A stretch of 26,440 nt of DNA from Longimicrobiales bacterium (GCA_038233155.1 JBBSMO010000001.1:1-26440); one strand, 5' to 3'; shown: positions 1 through 8,311, counted from the first letter of the stretch. A program made the numbers and translations. The notes: generated by a model from the sequence alone, not told the origin.

Positions 1-149
<149 letters not shown>

Positions 150-155
150 CCGCTC

Positions 156-1358
156 GTGCTGCGCTGGCGTCACTGGCCCACCGCCCTCGGGCTGATCGCC
201 GCGCTCATGCTCGTCGGCTATCTGCTGTACAGCGAATGGTTGATGCGGGAGATGCGGCGCGATGCGGTCGCGCATTCCCGCATCTACGCCCGTGTGCTGG
301 GCGGCCTGGCCAACCCCGCGGAGGGGGCGGCCGAGATCACCCTGCTCAACCTGATAGACGAGGTGAAGCTGCTCGGCGTCCCGCTCGTACTCACAGATGC
401 CGAGGGCCTGGTCGTCGGCGCGGAGAACCTGCCCTTCGAGGCAGATCTCGGCACCGATGAAGGGCAGCGCCGCATCCAGCGCTACCTGCGCGGGATCATC
501 CGCAGGAACCCGCCCATCAGCGAAGGCAGCTCGTATGTGTTTGTCGATGACCCCCCCATTCTGCGACGCCTGCGGTGGATCCCGTGGCTGCAGGTCGGCT
601 CGCTGCTGGGGCTGCTCTTCTATGCGTGGTGGGTCGTGCGCCACAACCAGCGCGTCGAGCGCGAACGGCTCTGGGCCGCTATGGCGCGCGAATCTGCCCA
701 TCAGATGGGAACTCCGCTCTCTTCACTCGAGGGCTGGGTCGAAATCCTGCGCCTGCCGCCCGACCAGCGCGAGGAGCTTGCCTCTCTGCCCGTGCTCGCG
801 GCGGAGATGGAGGCGGACCTCGAGCGGCTGCAGAAAGTCTCCCGCCGCTTCGAGTGGATCGGGCGCAGCCTCAGGCGCGAAGCGGTGGATGTGGGCGTTC
901 TGCTACGCTCGCTCGAGCGCTATGTACGGGTGCGCCTGCCCCAGCTCGCCGGTGCGGTCGATCTGCGTTTGAATCTACCCGACGAGTTGCCGCCGGTGCT
1001 CGGCAACGCGATCCTGCTCGAATGGGCGCTCGAGAACTTGGTCAAGAACGCGCTGGATGCGTTGGCAGGCTCGGGCGGCACCATCACTATCCGGCCGGAA
1101 GCACAAGGGCAGCGGCGGGTTACGATCACAGTTTCCGATACGGGGCCGGGCGTAGCCCCGGCCGTCCGCAGCACCTTGTTCGAGCCGGGGGTGAGCACCA
1201 AAAGGGGCGGGTGGGGCGTCGGGCTGTCTTTAGCGCGGCGCATCATCCGCGACGTACACTTAGGCGAACTGGAATTGCTTCCTGCCGAGCGCGGGGCGAC
1301 CTTTCTGATCACGCTGCCAGTAGCGGCCCCCGCGGTCGCGGCGGAAGAGAGTGTATGA
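156..1358 (+). CDS. Membrane-bound sensor histidine kinase (HisKA + HATPase_c)
   Basis: Two hydrophobic segments, H-box AHQMGTPLSSL, N-box ENLVKNALDA, G1 DTGPG, F-box LFEPG, G2 GWGVGLSL. Confidence 0.92.
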   Translation: MLRWRHWPTALGLIAALMLVGYLLYSEWLMREMRRDAVAHSRIYARVLGGLANPAEGAAEITLLNLIDEVKLLGVPLVLTDAEGLVVGAENLPFEADLGTDEGQRRIQRYLRGIIRRNPPISEGSSYVFVDDPPILRRLRWIPWLQVGSLLGLLFYAWWVVRHNQRVERERLWAAMARESAHQMGTPLSSLEGWVEILRLPPDQREELASLPVLAAEMEADLERLQKVSRRFEWIGRSLRREAVDVGVLLRSLERYVRVRLPQLAGAVDLRLNLPDELPPVLGNAILLEWALENLVKNALDALAGSGGTITIRPEAQGQRRVTITVSDTGPGVAPAVRSTLFEPGVSTKRGGWGVGLSLARRIIRDVHLGELELLPAERGATFLITLPVAAPAVAAEESV

Positions 1359-3672
1359 AGTTGCACTTCAGACGGAGCCGATGGAGCTGAACCCGGAACA
1401 ACAAGAGGCAGTCGCGCACTTCGAGGGGCCGCTGCTGGTGCTCGCCGGCGCCGGCTCGGGCAAGACGCGGGTGCTCACGGCGCGCATCGCGGCGTTGGTA
1501 GACGAGTGGGGGGTAGACCCCCGCTCGATCCTGGCGCTCACCTTCACCAACAAGGCAGCGGGGGAGATGCGCGAGCGTGTGAGCCGGCTGCTCTCGCGCG
1601 ACCCGGCAGGAATGTGGATCGGCACCTTTCACGCGATCGGCGCCCGCATGCTGCGCCGTCACGCTACGCGGCTCGGCTGGTCGCCCAGCTACCTGATCTA
1701 CGACTCGGACGATTCCGAGCGGCTCACCCGCCGCATCATCAAAGACGAGCTGCGGCTAGACCCCAAGCGCTGGTCGCCGCGGGCGATGCGCAGCGCGATA
1801 TCGGCCGCCAAGAACGAATTAGTCGGGGTCGAGGAATACGCCGGCAAGGTGCTGGACCCCTTCACCCGCAATGCCGCGCAGGTGTACGAACGCTACCAGC
1901 GCGCGCTGCGCGACGCCAACGCCTTCGACTTCGACGACCTCCTGGTCAAGCCGGTGGATCTGCTCCGCTCGCAGCCCGATCTGCTCGAGCGCTACCGCGA
2001 GCGCTTCCAGTTCGTGCTGGTAGACGAATACCAGGACACCAACCGCGCGCAGTACGACTTCCTGCAGCTCATAGCCGGCGAGCATTCGAACCTGTTCGTG
2101 GTGGGTGATGACGACCAGTCGATTTACGGCTGGCGCGGCGCGGACATCCGCAACATCCTCGAATTCGAGCGCGACTACCCCGCTGCGGCCGTGGTGCGGC
2201 TCGAGGAGAACTACCGTTCCACGCAGCGCATTCTCACTGTCGCTAACGAAGTGATCTCCCAGAACGTGCGGCGCAAAGGGAAGACGCTCCGCACGGCGAA
2301 CGCGGCCGGCGAGCGCATCAGCCTGGTAGAAATGGCCGATGAAGCGGATGAAGCCGAGTGGATCGTTGGCGAGATGCTGAACCGTCTGGGCGACGGCAGC
2401 CAGCGCTCCCCGCGAGACCTGGTCGTGCTGTACCGAACCAACGCACAATCCCGCGCGCTCGAGGAGGCGCTGAGGCGGGAAGGGCTCCCCTATCGGGTGA
2501 TTGGCGGGCAGCGCTTCTACGAGCGACGCGAAGTCAAGGACGTACTCGCCTACCTGCGGCTGGTCGCCAACCCGGCGGACGACGAAGCGTTTCTCCGGGT
2601 AGTGAATGTGCCGCGCCGGGGCGTGGGCGACACCTCGGTGGCCCGCCTCGCGGAACACGCCTCGGCGCGCCGCATCCCGCTGCTTGCCGCAGCCGCGGAA
2701 GTGGAAGAGATCGGCGCGCTGCGGGGCGGCGCGGCGCGTGCCCTGCCCGAGCTGGCGGCGCTGCTGGCGAAACACTCGGCACTAGCGGGGACCGGTGTGC
2801 CGCTGGACGAAATCACCCGCTCGATAGTGACCGAGACTGGGTTTATGGAAGCGCTGCGAGAGGAAGGAGCCGAGGGCGAAGACCGCTTGGCGAACGTCGA
2901 GGAATTGATCGCCGGGGCCGCCGAGCTGCAACTTCGCATCGAGCAAGGCGACCCGGAGCTGGTAGGCGAGGAGGTAGCAGAGGCCGGGCTGCGCCCGATC
3001 GACATCTTCCTCGCCCATGTCGCCCTGATCGCGGACATCGACCAGCACGACGCCAATGCGGATGCGGTGAGCCTGATGACGCTGCACAACGCCAAAGGGC
3101 TCGAGTTCCCGCTGGTCTTCATCTCCGGAATGGAGGAAGGCTTGTTCCCGCTGTCCAGGAGCTATGACGAGCCGGAGCAACTCGAGGAGGAGCGGCGGCT
3201 GTTCTACGTAGGCATCACGCGGGCCAGGGAAAAGCTCTTGCTCACTACTGCCCGCCGCCGCCGCCGGGGCGGCGAATGGCTAGATGCAGTTCCATCGAGC
3301 TTTCTGGAAGCGATCCCGCCGGATCTGCTCGAGGCCAAGCAGTCGGCGCGCCTGGTGCAGCGCACGGCGGCGTACGGAAGCTGGCAGAGCCCGCGCCGCA
3401 CTCTGGCGCGGCGCAGCGACCGGCTGGGCCTGCGCCGCGCACCGCCGCCGAAAGATGAAAGCTATTCGGTAGACTACAGCGACTCGCAGGATGTGCCGCG
3501 GCTGATCAAGGGCGCGCGGGTGCGGCACCCGCAGTTCGGCGCCGGGACTGTGGCGGAGCTGTCGGGGCGCGGCCAGGATGTGCGCGCCGCCATCGACTTC
3601 GAAAGCGTCGGCCGCAAGCGCGTGGTGGTGCGCTACGCCAATCTGCAGCCGGAATGGGAGGAGGGGCTGTAG
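1351..3672 (+). CDS. pcrA: ATP-dependent DNA helicase PcrA/UvrD (SF1A) with C-terminal Tudor-like domain
   Basis: Q motif LNPEQ, Walker A AGAGSGKT, LTFTNKAA, VDEYQDTN, GDDDQSIYGWRGA, ENYRST, TLHNAKGLEF, EERRLFYVGITRA, C-terminal RVRHPQFGAGTV. Start is GTG 1351 or ATG 1381. Confidence 0.95.
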   Translation: MYEVALQTEPMELNPEQQEAVAHFEGPLLVLAGAGSGKTRVLTARIAALVDEWGVDPRSILALTFTNKAAGEMRERVSRLLSRDPAGMWIGTFHAIGARMLRRHATRLGWSPSYLIYDSDDSERLTRRIIKDELRLDPKRWSPRAMRSAISAAKNELVGVEEYAGKVLDPFTRNAAQVYERYQRALRDANAFDFDDLLVKPVDLLRSQPDLLERYRERFQFVLVDEYQDTNRAQYDFLQLIAGEHSNLFVVGDDDQSIYGWRGADIRNILEFERDYPAAAVVRLEENYRSTQRILTVANEVISQNVRRKGKTLRTANAAGERISLVEMADEADEAEWIVGEMLNRLGDGSQRSPRDLVVLYRTNAQSRALEEALRREGLPYRVIGGQRFYERREVKDVLAYLRLVANPADDEAFLRVVNVPRRGVGDTSVARLAEHASARRIPLLAAAAEVEEIGALRGGAARALPELAALLAKHSALAGTGVPLDEITRSIVTETGFMEALREEGAEGEDRLANVEELIAGAAELQLRIEQGDPELVGEEVAEAGLRPIDIFLAHVALIADIDQHDANADAVSLMTLHNAKGLEFPLVFISGMEEGLFPLSRSYDEPEQLEEERRLFYVGITRAREKLLLTTARRRRRGGEWLDAVPSSFLEAIPPDLLEAKQSARLVQRTAAYGSWQSPRRTLARRSDRLGLRRAPPPKDESYSVDYSDSQDVPRLIKGARVRHPQFGAGTVAELSGRGQDVRAAIDFESVGRKRVVVRYANLQPEWEEGL

Positions 3673-3699
3673 ACGGCGCAGCGCATCACGGGGGCACCA

Positions 3700-4644
3700 T
3701 CAACCGGCCTTCCTGCGCGGCAAAGCGAATGGGTCGAGCAGGGTAGTGGTCTCGACCTGCCGCCAGTAGCCGAACGGGATCTCGGGCAGCGGGAAGAAAT
3801 CATCCGCCATATCGAGCAGCACCCGCTGGTCCTTGAGGCCGCCCTCGCGCACCGCCATGCGGCGAATCTTCTTCGACAGCGCGAGGTTTTCGTCGCCGAC
3901 CGGGTCCAGCCCGGCAGCGATGGACCCGCCACGGCGCACCAGGCAGTCGATCACGTAGTCAAAGGACCGCTCGACGTAGCCCTGCACGCTCTCATCCGGC
4001 AGGCTCCAGCGCGAATTCTGCAGCACGGTATCGAACACACTCTGCCAGCGCTCGTTGTCCTGGAAGCGAATCATGCCGCGGAAGATGCGGCGGTTGGTAC
4101 GAAACGAGAAGAGCGTGGCCGACAAGACCCGGTCGAACAGCGCATCCGCCGGTGAATGGTCGTGGTCCATCACCACATGCCGGGCAAGTGCCGTATAGCT
4201 CTCGCCCAACTGGATGTCCATGCGGTGCTCCCAGTATGAATGCCCGAGCGCCTGCGTAGCCGAGGTGAGCAGCAACTGCCGCGGTACAAACGCGTTGTGC
4301 GCTACGGTGTCGCCCGCCTAGTGCGCAAGATAGCCGAGCCCCACCGCGCGCAGGCGGTCCGTTTCCGCCGTTTCGAAAATTTCTTCGCCCACGTGCCAGT
4401 TGTGGCAATGCCGCCCTTCCGGCACATACTTTTTTGCAAGCGAAATGTCCGCCGCTACCGACCCGTAGAGGAAGTCGAGCGGGTAGGCGCGGAGCAGCGC
4501 CTGCACGGCGGGCGGGAGCAGGACCAGCGACTGGAGGACGCCCGCACCGATGTACACATGGGTGCCCGGCCCCCACGCCCAAGCGGGCTCGGGGGAGAGC
4601 AGAACGAGGAGAACTGCGATGCAGGCGCCGACAGCCGCCGCCAC
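3700..4644 (-). pseudogene. Zn-dependent phospholipase C / P1-S1 nuclease superfamily gene interrupted by one in-frame TAG at codon 109 (4318-4320)
   Basis: ORFs 4318..4644 and 3700..4275 share a frame and read across as GYLAH*AGDTVAHNAFVPRQLLLTSATQALGHSYWE. Signal-like leader then WGPGTH (W1/H6 type), HxxGD and HxxWE motifs. Confidence 0.8.
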
Positions 4645-4648
4645 CGAA

Positions 4649-5020
4649 TCAGACGCCGTATTTGCGCCGCGCTTTGCGCACGCTCTTGGACAGGTCGCCG
4701 GCCTGATCCGAGATCATCTCCTGCAAGTCCGCGCGCGCATCGCCCAAGATACTAGCGACCTCGTCGCGGAACTCCGAGAGCAGATCGCCGCTGGCGGAGA
4801 ATACTTCCGAAGACATTTCGCTGGTCGCGCCGGCCCCGTGCCGCACCGCCTTCCGCGCCTGGCCGTAGCTGCGCTTCATCTTCTTGCGATAGGGCTTGAG
4901 CTGCTTGGCTACGCGCTGCCGCGGCGTCGGCTTCGGCTGCAGCAGCAAGGTTGCGCCGATGCCCAGAACGGTACCTACGGCGAAAGCGGTCAAAAAGTCA
5001 GCGGTATCTTGTTCGGCCAT
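4649..5020 (-). CDS. YtxH-like protein (N-terminal membrane anchor plus amphipathic helical domain)
   Basis: FLTAFAVGTVLGIGATLLLQPK resembles the YtxH 'F..G...GA..ALL.AP' start; remainder is charged and helical; lies downstream of a DUF948-like gene as in Bacillus ytxG-ytxH. Confidence 0.75.
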   Translation of the reverse strand: MAEQDTADFLTAFAVGTVLGIGATLLLQPKPTPRQRVAKQLKPYRKKMKRSYGQARKAVRHGAGATSEMSSEVFSASGDLLSEFRDEVASILGDARADLQEMISDQAGDLSKSVRKARRKYGV

Positions 5021-5054
5021 GATCTATTGTCTCTCGGGTGAAAGGGGTGCTGCC

Positions 5055-5085
5055 TCACCCGCGGCGGGGTGCCCGCCGCGGGTGA
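5055..5085. repeat. Perfect 14-bp inverted repeat with 3-nt loop at the 3' end of the DUF948-like gene
   Basis: TCACCCGCGGCGGG (5055-5068) GTG CCCGCCGCGGGTGA (5072-5085). Confidence 0.9.
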
Positions 5086-5681
5086 ACTCGGATCTGTGCT
5101 GCTTCGTCATCATCGGCACCGGCACCAGCATCGTCCTCGCGCTGCGGCCGGAAAGGGGTGAAGGCGTCGGCGCCAACGCGCACGCCGCGCACGGCGGAGG
5201 CGGTGCCGATGAAGATATCCTCCGCCTCCTCCTGAACCACTTTCATCAGGGCGTTGAAATCGTTTACGCGTTCCTCCGCCCGGCCGGCCGCGCGGTCCAA
5301 GCGGCCATTGAGCCGCTCGATGGTCTGCTGGAGCCGTTCCACATCGGAGCGGGCCGCGGTGCTGATGTAGTCCGCGTTTTCCGCCACCGCGTGCACATGC
5401 TTGATGATGGGCGCGATGTCGCGGCCCACCTGCGCGAACAGTTGGTTGACGTTCTTCAGCGTGCGCAGCAGGTTCCCGGCGAGCGGGATGGCGGCGATGC
5501 CCCCCGCAATGAGGCCCAGGGCGATCAGCGCGGTGGCGACACTGATGATGGTGTTCAGCCAAAACGTCCAGCCGGTGGGCGAAGCCTGGATAACGACCAG
5601 GGTGTCTGCCGGTACGCTGATCTGCGCGAGCAACGGGGCCGCGGCGGCCGCGAGCAGGTTCAGATTCGCAAGAGCGGTCAA
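5055..5681 (-). CDS. DUF948/YtxG-like membrane-anchored coiled-coil protein (208 aa; 3' part of the 451-aa ORF)
   Basis: GGAG then TTG at 5681; TM segment IISVATALIALGLIAGGIAAIPL followed by heptad-like helix (TLKNVNQL...VERLQQTIERLNGRL). Confidence 0.7.
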   Translation of the reverse strand: MTALANLNLLAAAAAPLLAQISVPADTLVVIQASPTGWTFWLNTIISVATALIALGLIAGGIAAIPLAGNLLRTLKNVNQLFAQVGRDIAPIIKHVHAVAENADYISTAARSDVERLQQTIERLNGRLDRAAGRAEERVNDFNALMKVVQEEAEDIFIGTASAVRGVRVGADAFTPFRPQREDDAGAGADDDEAAQIRVHPRRAPRRG

Positions 5682-5715
5682 CGCGGTTCTCCGTATCGGG
5701 GCGAACGGGTCATTT

Positions 5716-6060
5716 TCATTCGTGCAAGTCGATGCCAAAGGTACGACGGGCGAGCTTTGGCACAAGCCGGGCCACGGCGCGCCAAGGTCTGCCGCGACGG
5801 AAGGCGGCTGCGACAAGATCGGCGGCGGCGCACCGCCAAGCAGCAATGCAGTGCGATTCACCGGGTGCGCTGCCAAAACGCCCGGCTGCGAGCGCGCCCA
5901 GAGCCGCGGCCACTCCTCCTCCCTAGGCCAGGCCCCCGGTTGCCGCAAAGGTAGCAAAACTGATTCCAGTCCCGCTGGCGCCGCGGGCGGCACGGCCCAC
6001 TGGTCCGGGGACAACTGGCTAGCTAGGAGCTGTTTGCAGAGCTGCCCTTCCGGGCTGCGG
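5716..6060 (-). pseudogene. Probable eroded remnant of NAD+ synthetase (nadE-like)
   Basis: Short fragments in two frames: NRTALLLG (from 5858; cf. SNKTELLLG), ILSQPPSVAADL (from 5819; cf. IIxKxPSADL), PKLARRTFGIDL (from 5760; cf. AKLSxRTVGxDF). Lies directly after a nitrilase remnant. Motif comparison is from memory and boundaries are approximate. Confidence 0.5.
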
Positions 6061-6410
6061 TCATCTACCAGCAGCAGCTTGCTCCCACCCTTCGGCGGAG
6101 GCGAAGCGCCCCCGCCCGCCCGCTTCGCGCAGCCCCCGGCCCGCGCCCGAAGAAGCGGCCTTCGTCGAACATGCCGTAGGTCGGCAGGTACACTTTCCGG
6201 TGCCGGTGCACCACAGAGCCTGCCTCGAGATGAACCGCGGCGTTGTACGGGACCAGGTCGTCGCCGCGCTCGGCGAGGCCGCAGATCCACCCCATCGCCA
6301 GCGGCAGCTTGGTGAGCAGCAGCAATCGTGGCGAAGTTTGCATCTACATCTCCCAACGGGGTGTCGAACTGCTCGATCCGCAGCAGCAGGGTATCGCCCG
6401 CAGCGCTCAC
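6061..6410 (-). pseudogene. Carbon-nitrogen hydrolase (nitrilase superfamily, NAD-synthetase glutaminase-like) remnant with deletions and frameshifts
   Basis: Fragment 1 (6410-6282) MSAAGDTLLLRIEQFDTPLGDVDANF...DGVDL; frameshift; fragment 2 (6280-6140) GLAERGDDLVPYNAAVHL...HRKVYLPTYGMFDEGRFFGRG; frameshift; fragment 3 GRGLRE...FASAEGWEQ. No FPEL (catalytic Glu) or ICED-type (catalytic Cys) segment. GTG start overlaps the PII-like stop (GTGA). Confidence 0.85.
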
Positions 6411-6757
6411 CCGCGGTCGCCGAACTCCGGCGACAAGCCTTCCACCCGGTTCACCGGAATGGTGAAGACGATGCCCGTCGCGGGATCGTCCAGGTCGCCG
6501 CAGATCTCCCGCAGCAATGCGATCACCCCGTCTACCTTGTCCTCCTCCTTGATCACACTGAAGATGGTCTGGTTGCGCGGCCGCGAAAAGGAGGCGAGCC
6601 GCTCGAGCCCCGCGAAAATCGGCACGTCGTGAGAAACGACGCGGCCCATCCCTTCGCTCTGGACGATGGTAGCACCGGTCACGCCGAGCTCGAGCAGGCC
6701 CGCCAGAATCTGGTCCAGCTTATCCTCTTCGTTGATGACGGCGATCAGCAGTTGCAA
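6407..6757 (-). CDS. PII-like (GlnB superfamily) signalling protein, non-canonical, 116 aa
   Basis: GAGG then TTG at 6757; MQLLIAVINEEDKLDQILAGLLELGVTGATIVQSEGMGR...DDPATGIVFTIPVNRVEGL aligns by eye to the GlnB pattern (A.I...KLD.V..AL...G.TG.T....GFGR...G.IF...V..V). Confidence 0.8.
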   Translation of the reverse strand: MQLLIAVINEEDKLDQILAGLLELGVTGATIVQSEGMGRVVSHDVPIFAGLERLASFSRPRNQTIFSVIKEEDKVDGVIALLREICGDLDDPATGIVFTIPVNRVEGLSPEFGDRG

Positions 6758-6808
6758 GACAGCCTCGGGCGCGTGCGGGATGAACTCGGGAAGCCGTGAC
6801 TGCCGGGA

Positions 6809-6838
6809 AGAGTAGGCGGCAACCTTCGCGGGTGTCAA
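6809..6838 (-). promoter_or_regulatory. Sigma70-type promoter of the minus-strand operon
   Basis: TTGACA (6838-6833), 18 bp, TACTCT (6814-6809), about 50 nt upstream of the PII-like start. Confidence 0.6.
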
Positions 6839-6946
6839 GCGCGGCCGCGGCGCGCACGATCCTTGCGCCCGCCGATCCGCTTTCCCGCGCGTTTCAAGGT
6901 AGCAGCGCGCGGTGCTCACCCGCCGCAACGCGTAGGAGATCGCCGC

Positions 6947-8245
6947 GTGCCCAAGTTTGTCGTTCAGGGGGGCAAGCCCCTCAAAGGAACCATTCGCCCC
7001 GCAGGGAACAAGAACGCCGCGCTGCCCATGTTGGCGGCCGCGCTGCTCACGGAAGAGGAGGTGACGATAGAGAACGTGCCGGACATCCGGGACGTTCACA
7101 CCCTGCTGGACCTGTTGCGCGCGCTGGGCGCCGAGGCGGAATGGTTGGGCGACAACCGGGTGCGGGTAAAGGCTGCAAACCTGGACCGGCCGAACTTGGA
7201 TGCGAGCGCCGCGGCCCGCATCCGCGCCTCGGTGCTGCTGCTCGGGCCGATGCTCGCCAGGACCGGCGGGCTCACGCTGCCCCCGCCCGGCGGCGATGTG
7301 ATCGGCCGCCGCCGCATGGATACCCACTTTCTGGCATTGCAACGGCTCGGTGCGGAGGTCGAATATCACCCCAGCGCCTTCGAGCTCCGGACGAGCGGCT
7401 TGCGCGGGGCCGACATCTTCCTGGACGAACCGAGCGTTACCGCGACGGAAAACGCCGTGATGGCCGCGGCCTTGGCGAAGGGGCACACCAAGCTCCGCAA
7501 CGCGGCGGCCGAACCGCATGTCCAGGACCTTTGTAACATGCTGGCCGGCATGGGGTGCGGGATCAGCGGCATCGGGACGAACACGCTCGAGATCGAGGGA
7601 CGCGAGCGCCTCGGCGGCGGGCGGTTCCGCGTCTCCGCAGATCACATCGAGGTCGGCTCGTTTATCGGCCTCGCGGCGGTGACCCGGGGCGAGATCACCA
7701 TCGAGGACGCGGCGCCGCAATATCTGGATTCGACGCTGATTGCCTTCCACCGGCTGGGGGTGGATGCAGAAATCAGGGGCGACGATCTGTTCATCCCCGG
7801 CCATCAGAAGATGACGGTGCAGATGGACATGGGCGGGTACATCCCCAAGATTGACGACGGCCCGTGGCCCGCGTTCCCGGCCGACCTGACGTCGATCGCG
7901 CTCGTCACAGCGACCCAGTGCGAAGGAACCATCCTGATTCATGAGAAGATGTTCGAATCGCGGATGTTCTTCACCGACAAGCTCGTCGCCATGGGCGCGC
8001 GCATGATTCTCTGCGACCCGCACCGCGTGGTCGTAATCGGCCCCTCGCAACTGCGCGGCGGGATGGTAGAGAGCCCGGACATCCGCGCCGGGATGGGACT
8101 ACTGATCGCGGCGTTGGGGGCTAAGGGGCGCAGCGAGATTTACAACATCAGCCAGATCGAGCGCGGCTACCAAAACATAGACGAGCGGCTGCGGGCACTG
8201 GGGGCCGACATCCGCCGCTCGGATTCTCGCACCGACGACGACTGA
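6947..8245 (+). CDS. murA: UDP-N-acetylglucosamine 1-carboxyvinyltransferase, Asp-type active site
   Basis: AGGAG at 6934-6938 and GTG at 6947; GNKNAALP, RASVLLLGP, PGGDVIGRRRMDTH, SVTATEN, NAAAEP, DHIEVGS, PAFPAD, FESR, DIRAG, IERGY. Confidence 0.95.
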   Translation: MPKFVVQGGKPLKGTIRPAGNKNAALPMLAAALLTEEEVTIENVPDIRDVHTLLDLLRALGAEAEWLGDNRVRVKAANLDRPNLDASAAARIRASVLLLGPMLARTGGLTLPPPGGDVIGRRRMDTHFLALQRLGAEVEYHPSAFELRTSGLRGADIFLDEPSVTATENAVMAAALAKGHTKLRNAAAEPHVQDLCNMLAGMGCGISGIGTNTLEIEGRERLGGGRFRVSADHIEVGSFIGLAAVTRGEITIEDAAPQYLDSTLIAFHRLGVDAEIRGDDLFIPGHQKMTVQMDMGGYIPKIDDGPWPAFPADLTSIALVTATQCEGTILIHEKMFESRMFFTDKLVAMGARMILCDPHRVVVIGPSQLRGGMVESPDIRAGMGLLIAALGAKGRSEIYNISQIERGYQNIDERLRALGADIRRSDSRTDDD

Positions 8246-8256
8246 CGCCGCACCTA

Positions 8257-8283
8257 GCGGCCGCGGCCCCGGCCGCATTCTTT
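8257..8283 (+). terminator. Possible intrinsic terminator after murA
   Basis: GCGGCCG / CGGCCGC 7-bp stem with 6-nt loop followed by ATTCTTT (imperfect U tract). Confidence 0.35.
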
Positions 8284-8311
8284 CACAACGTTCAACTCAG
8301 GGAGAGACGCG

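Noticed and set aside
4318-4320. Genome-wide TAG recoding
   Set aside because: TAG ends at least seven conserved genes here at their expected C-termini, and no other gene shows an internal TAG.
5055-6410. 451-aa ORF as a genuine novel multidomain protein
   Set aside because: After residue 43 it reads nitrilase sequence out of frame; the last 208 aa have their own RBS and TTG. Kept only as a finding about frame openness.
6758-8050. 547-aa minus-strand ORF as one protein
   Set aside because: The upstream 431 codons are mostly antisense to murA; only 6407-6757 is PII-like with an RBS.
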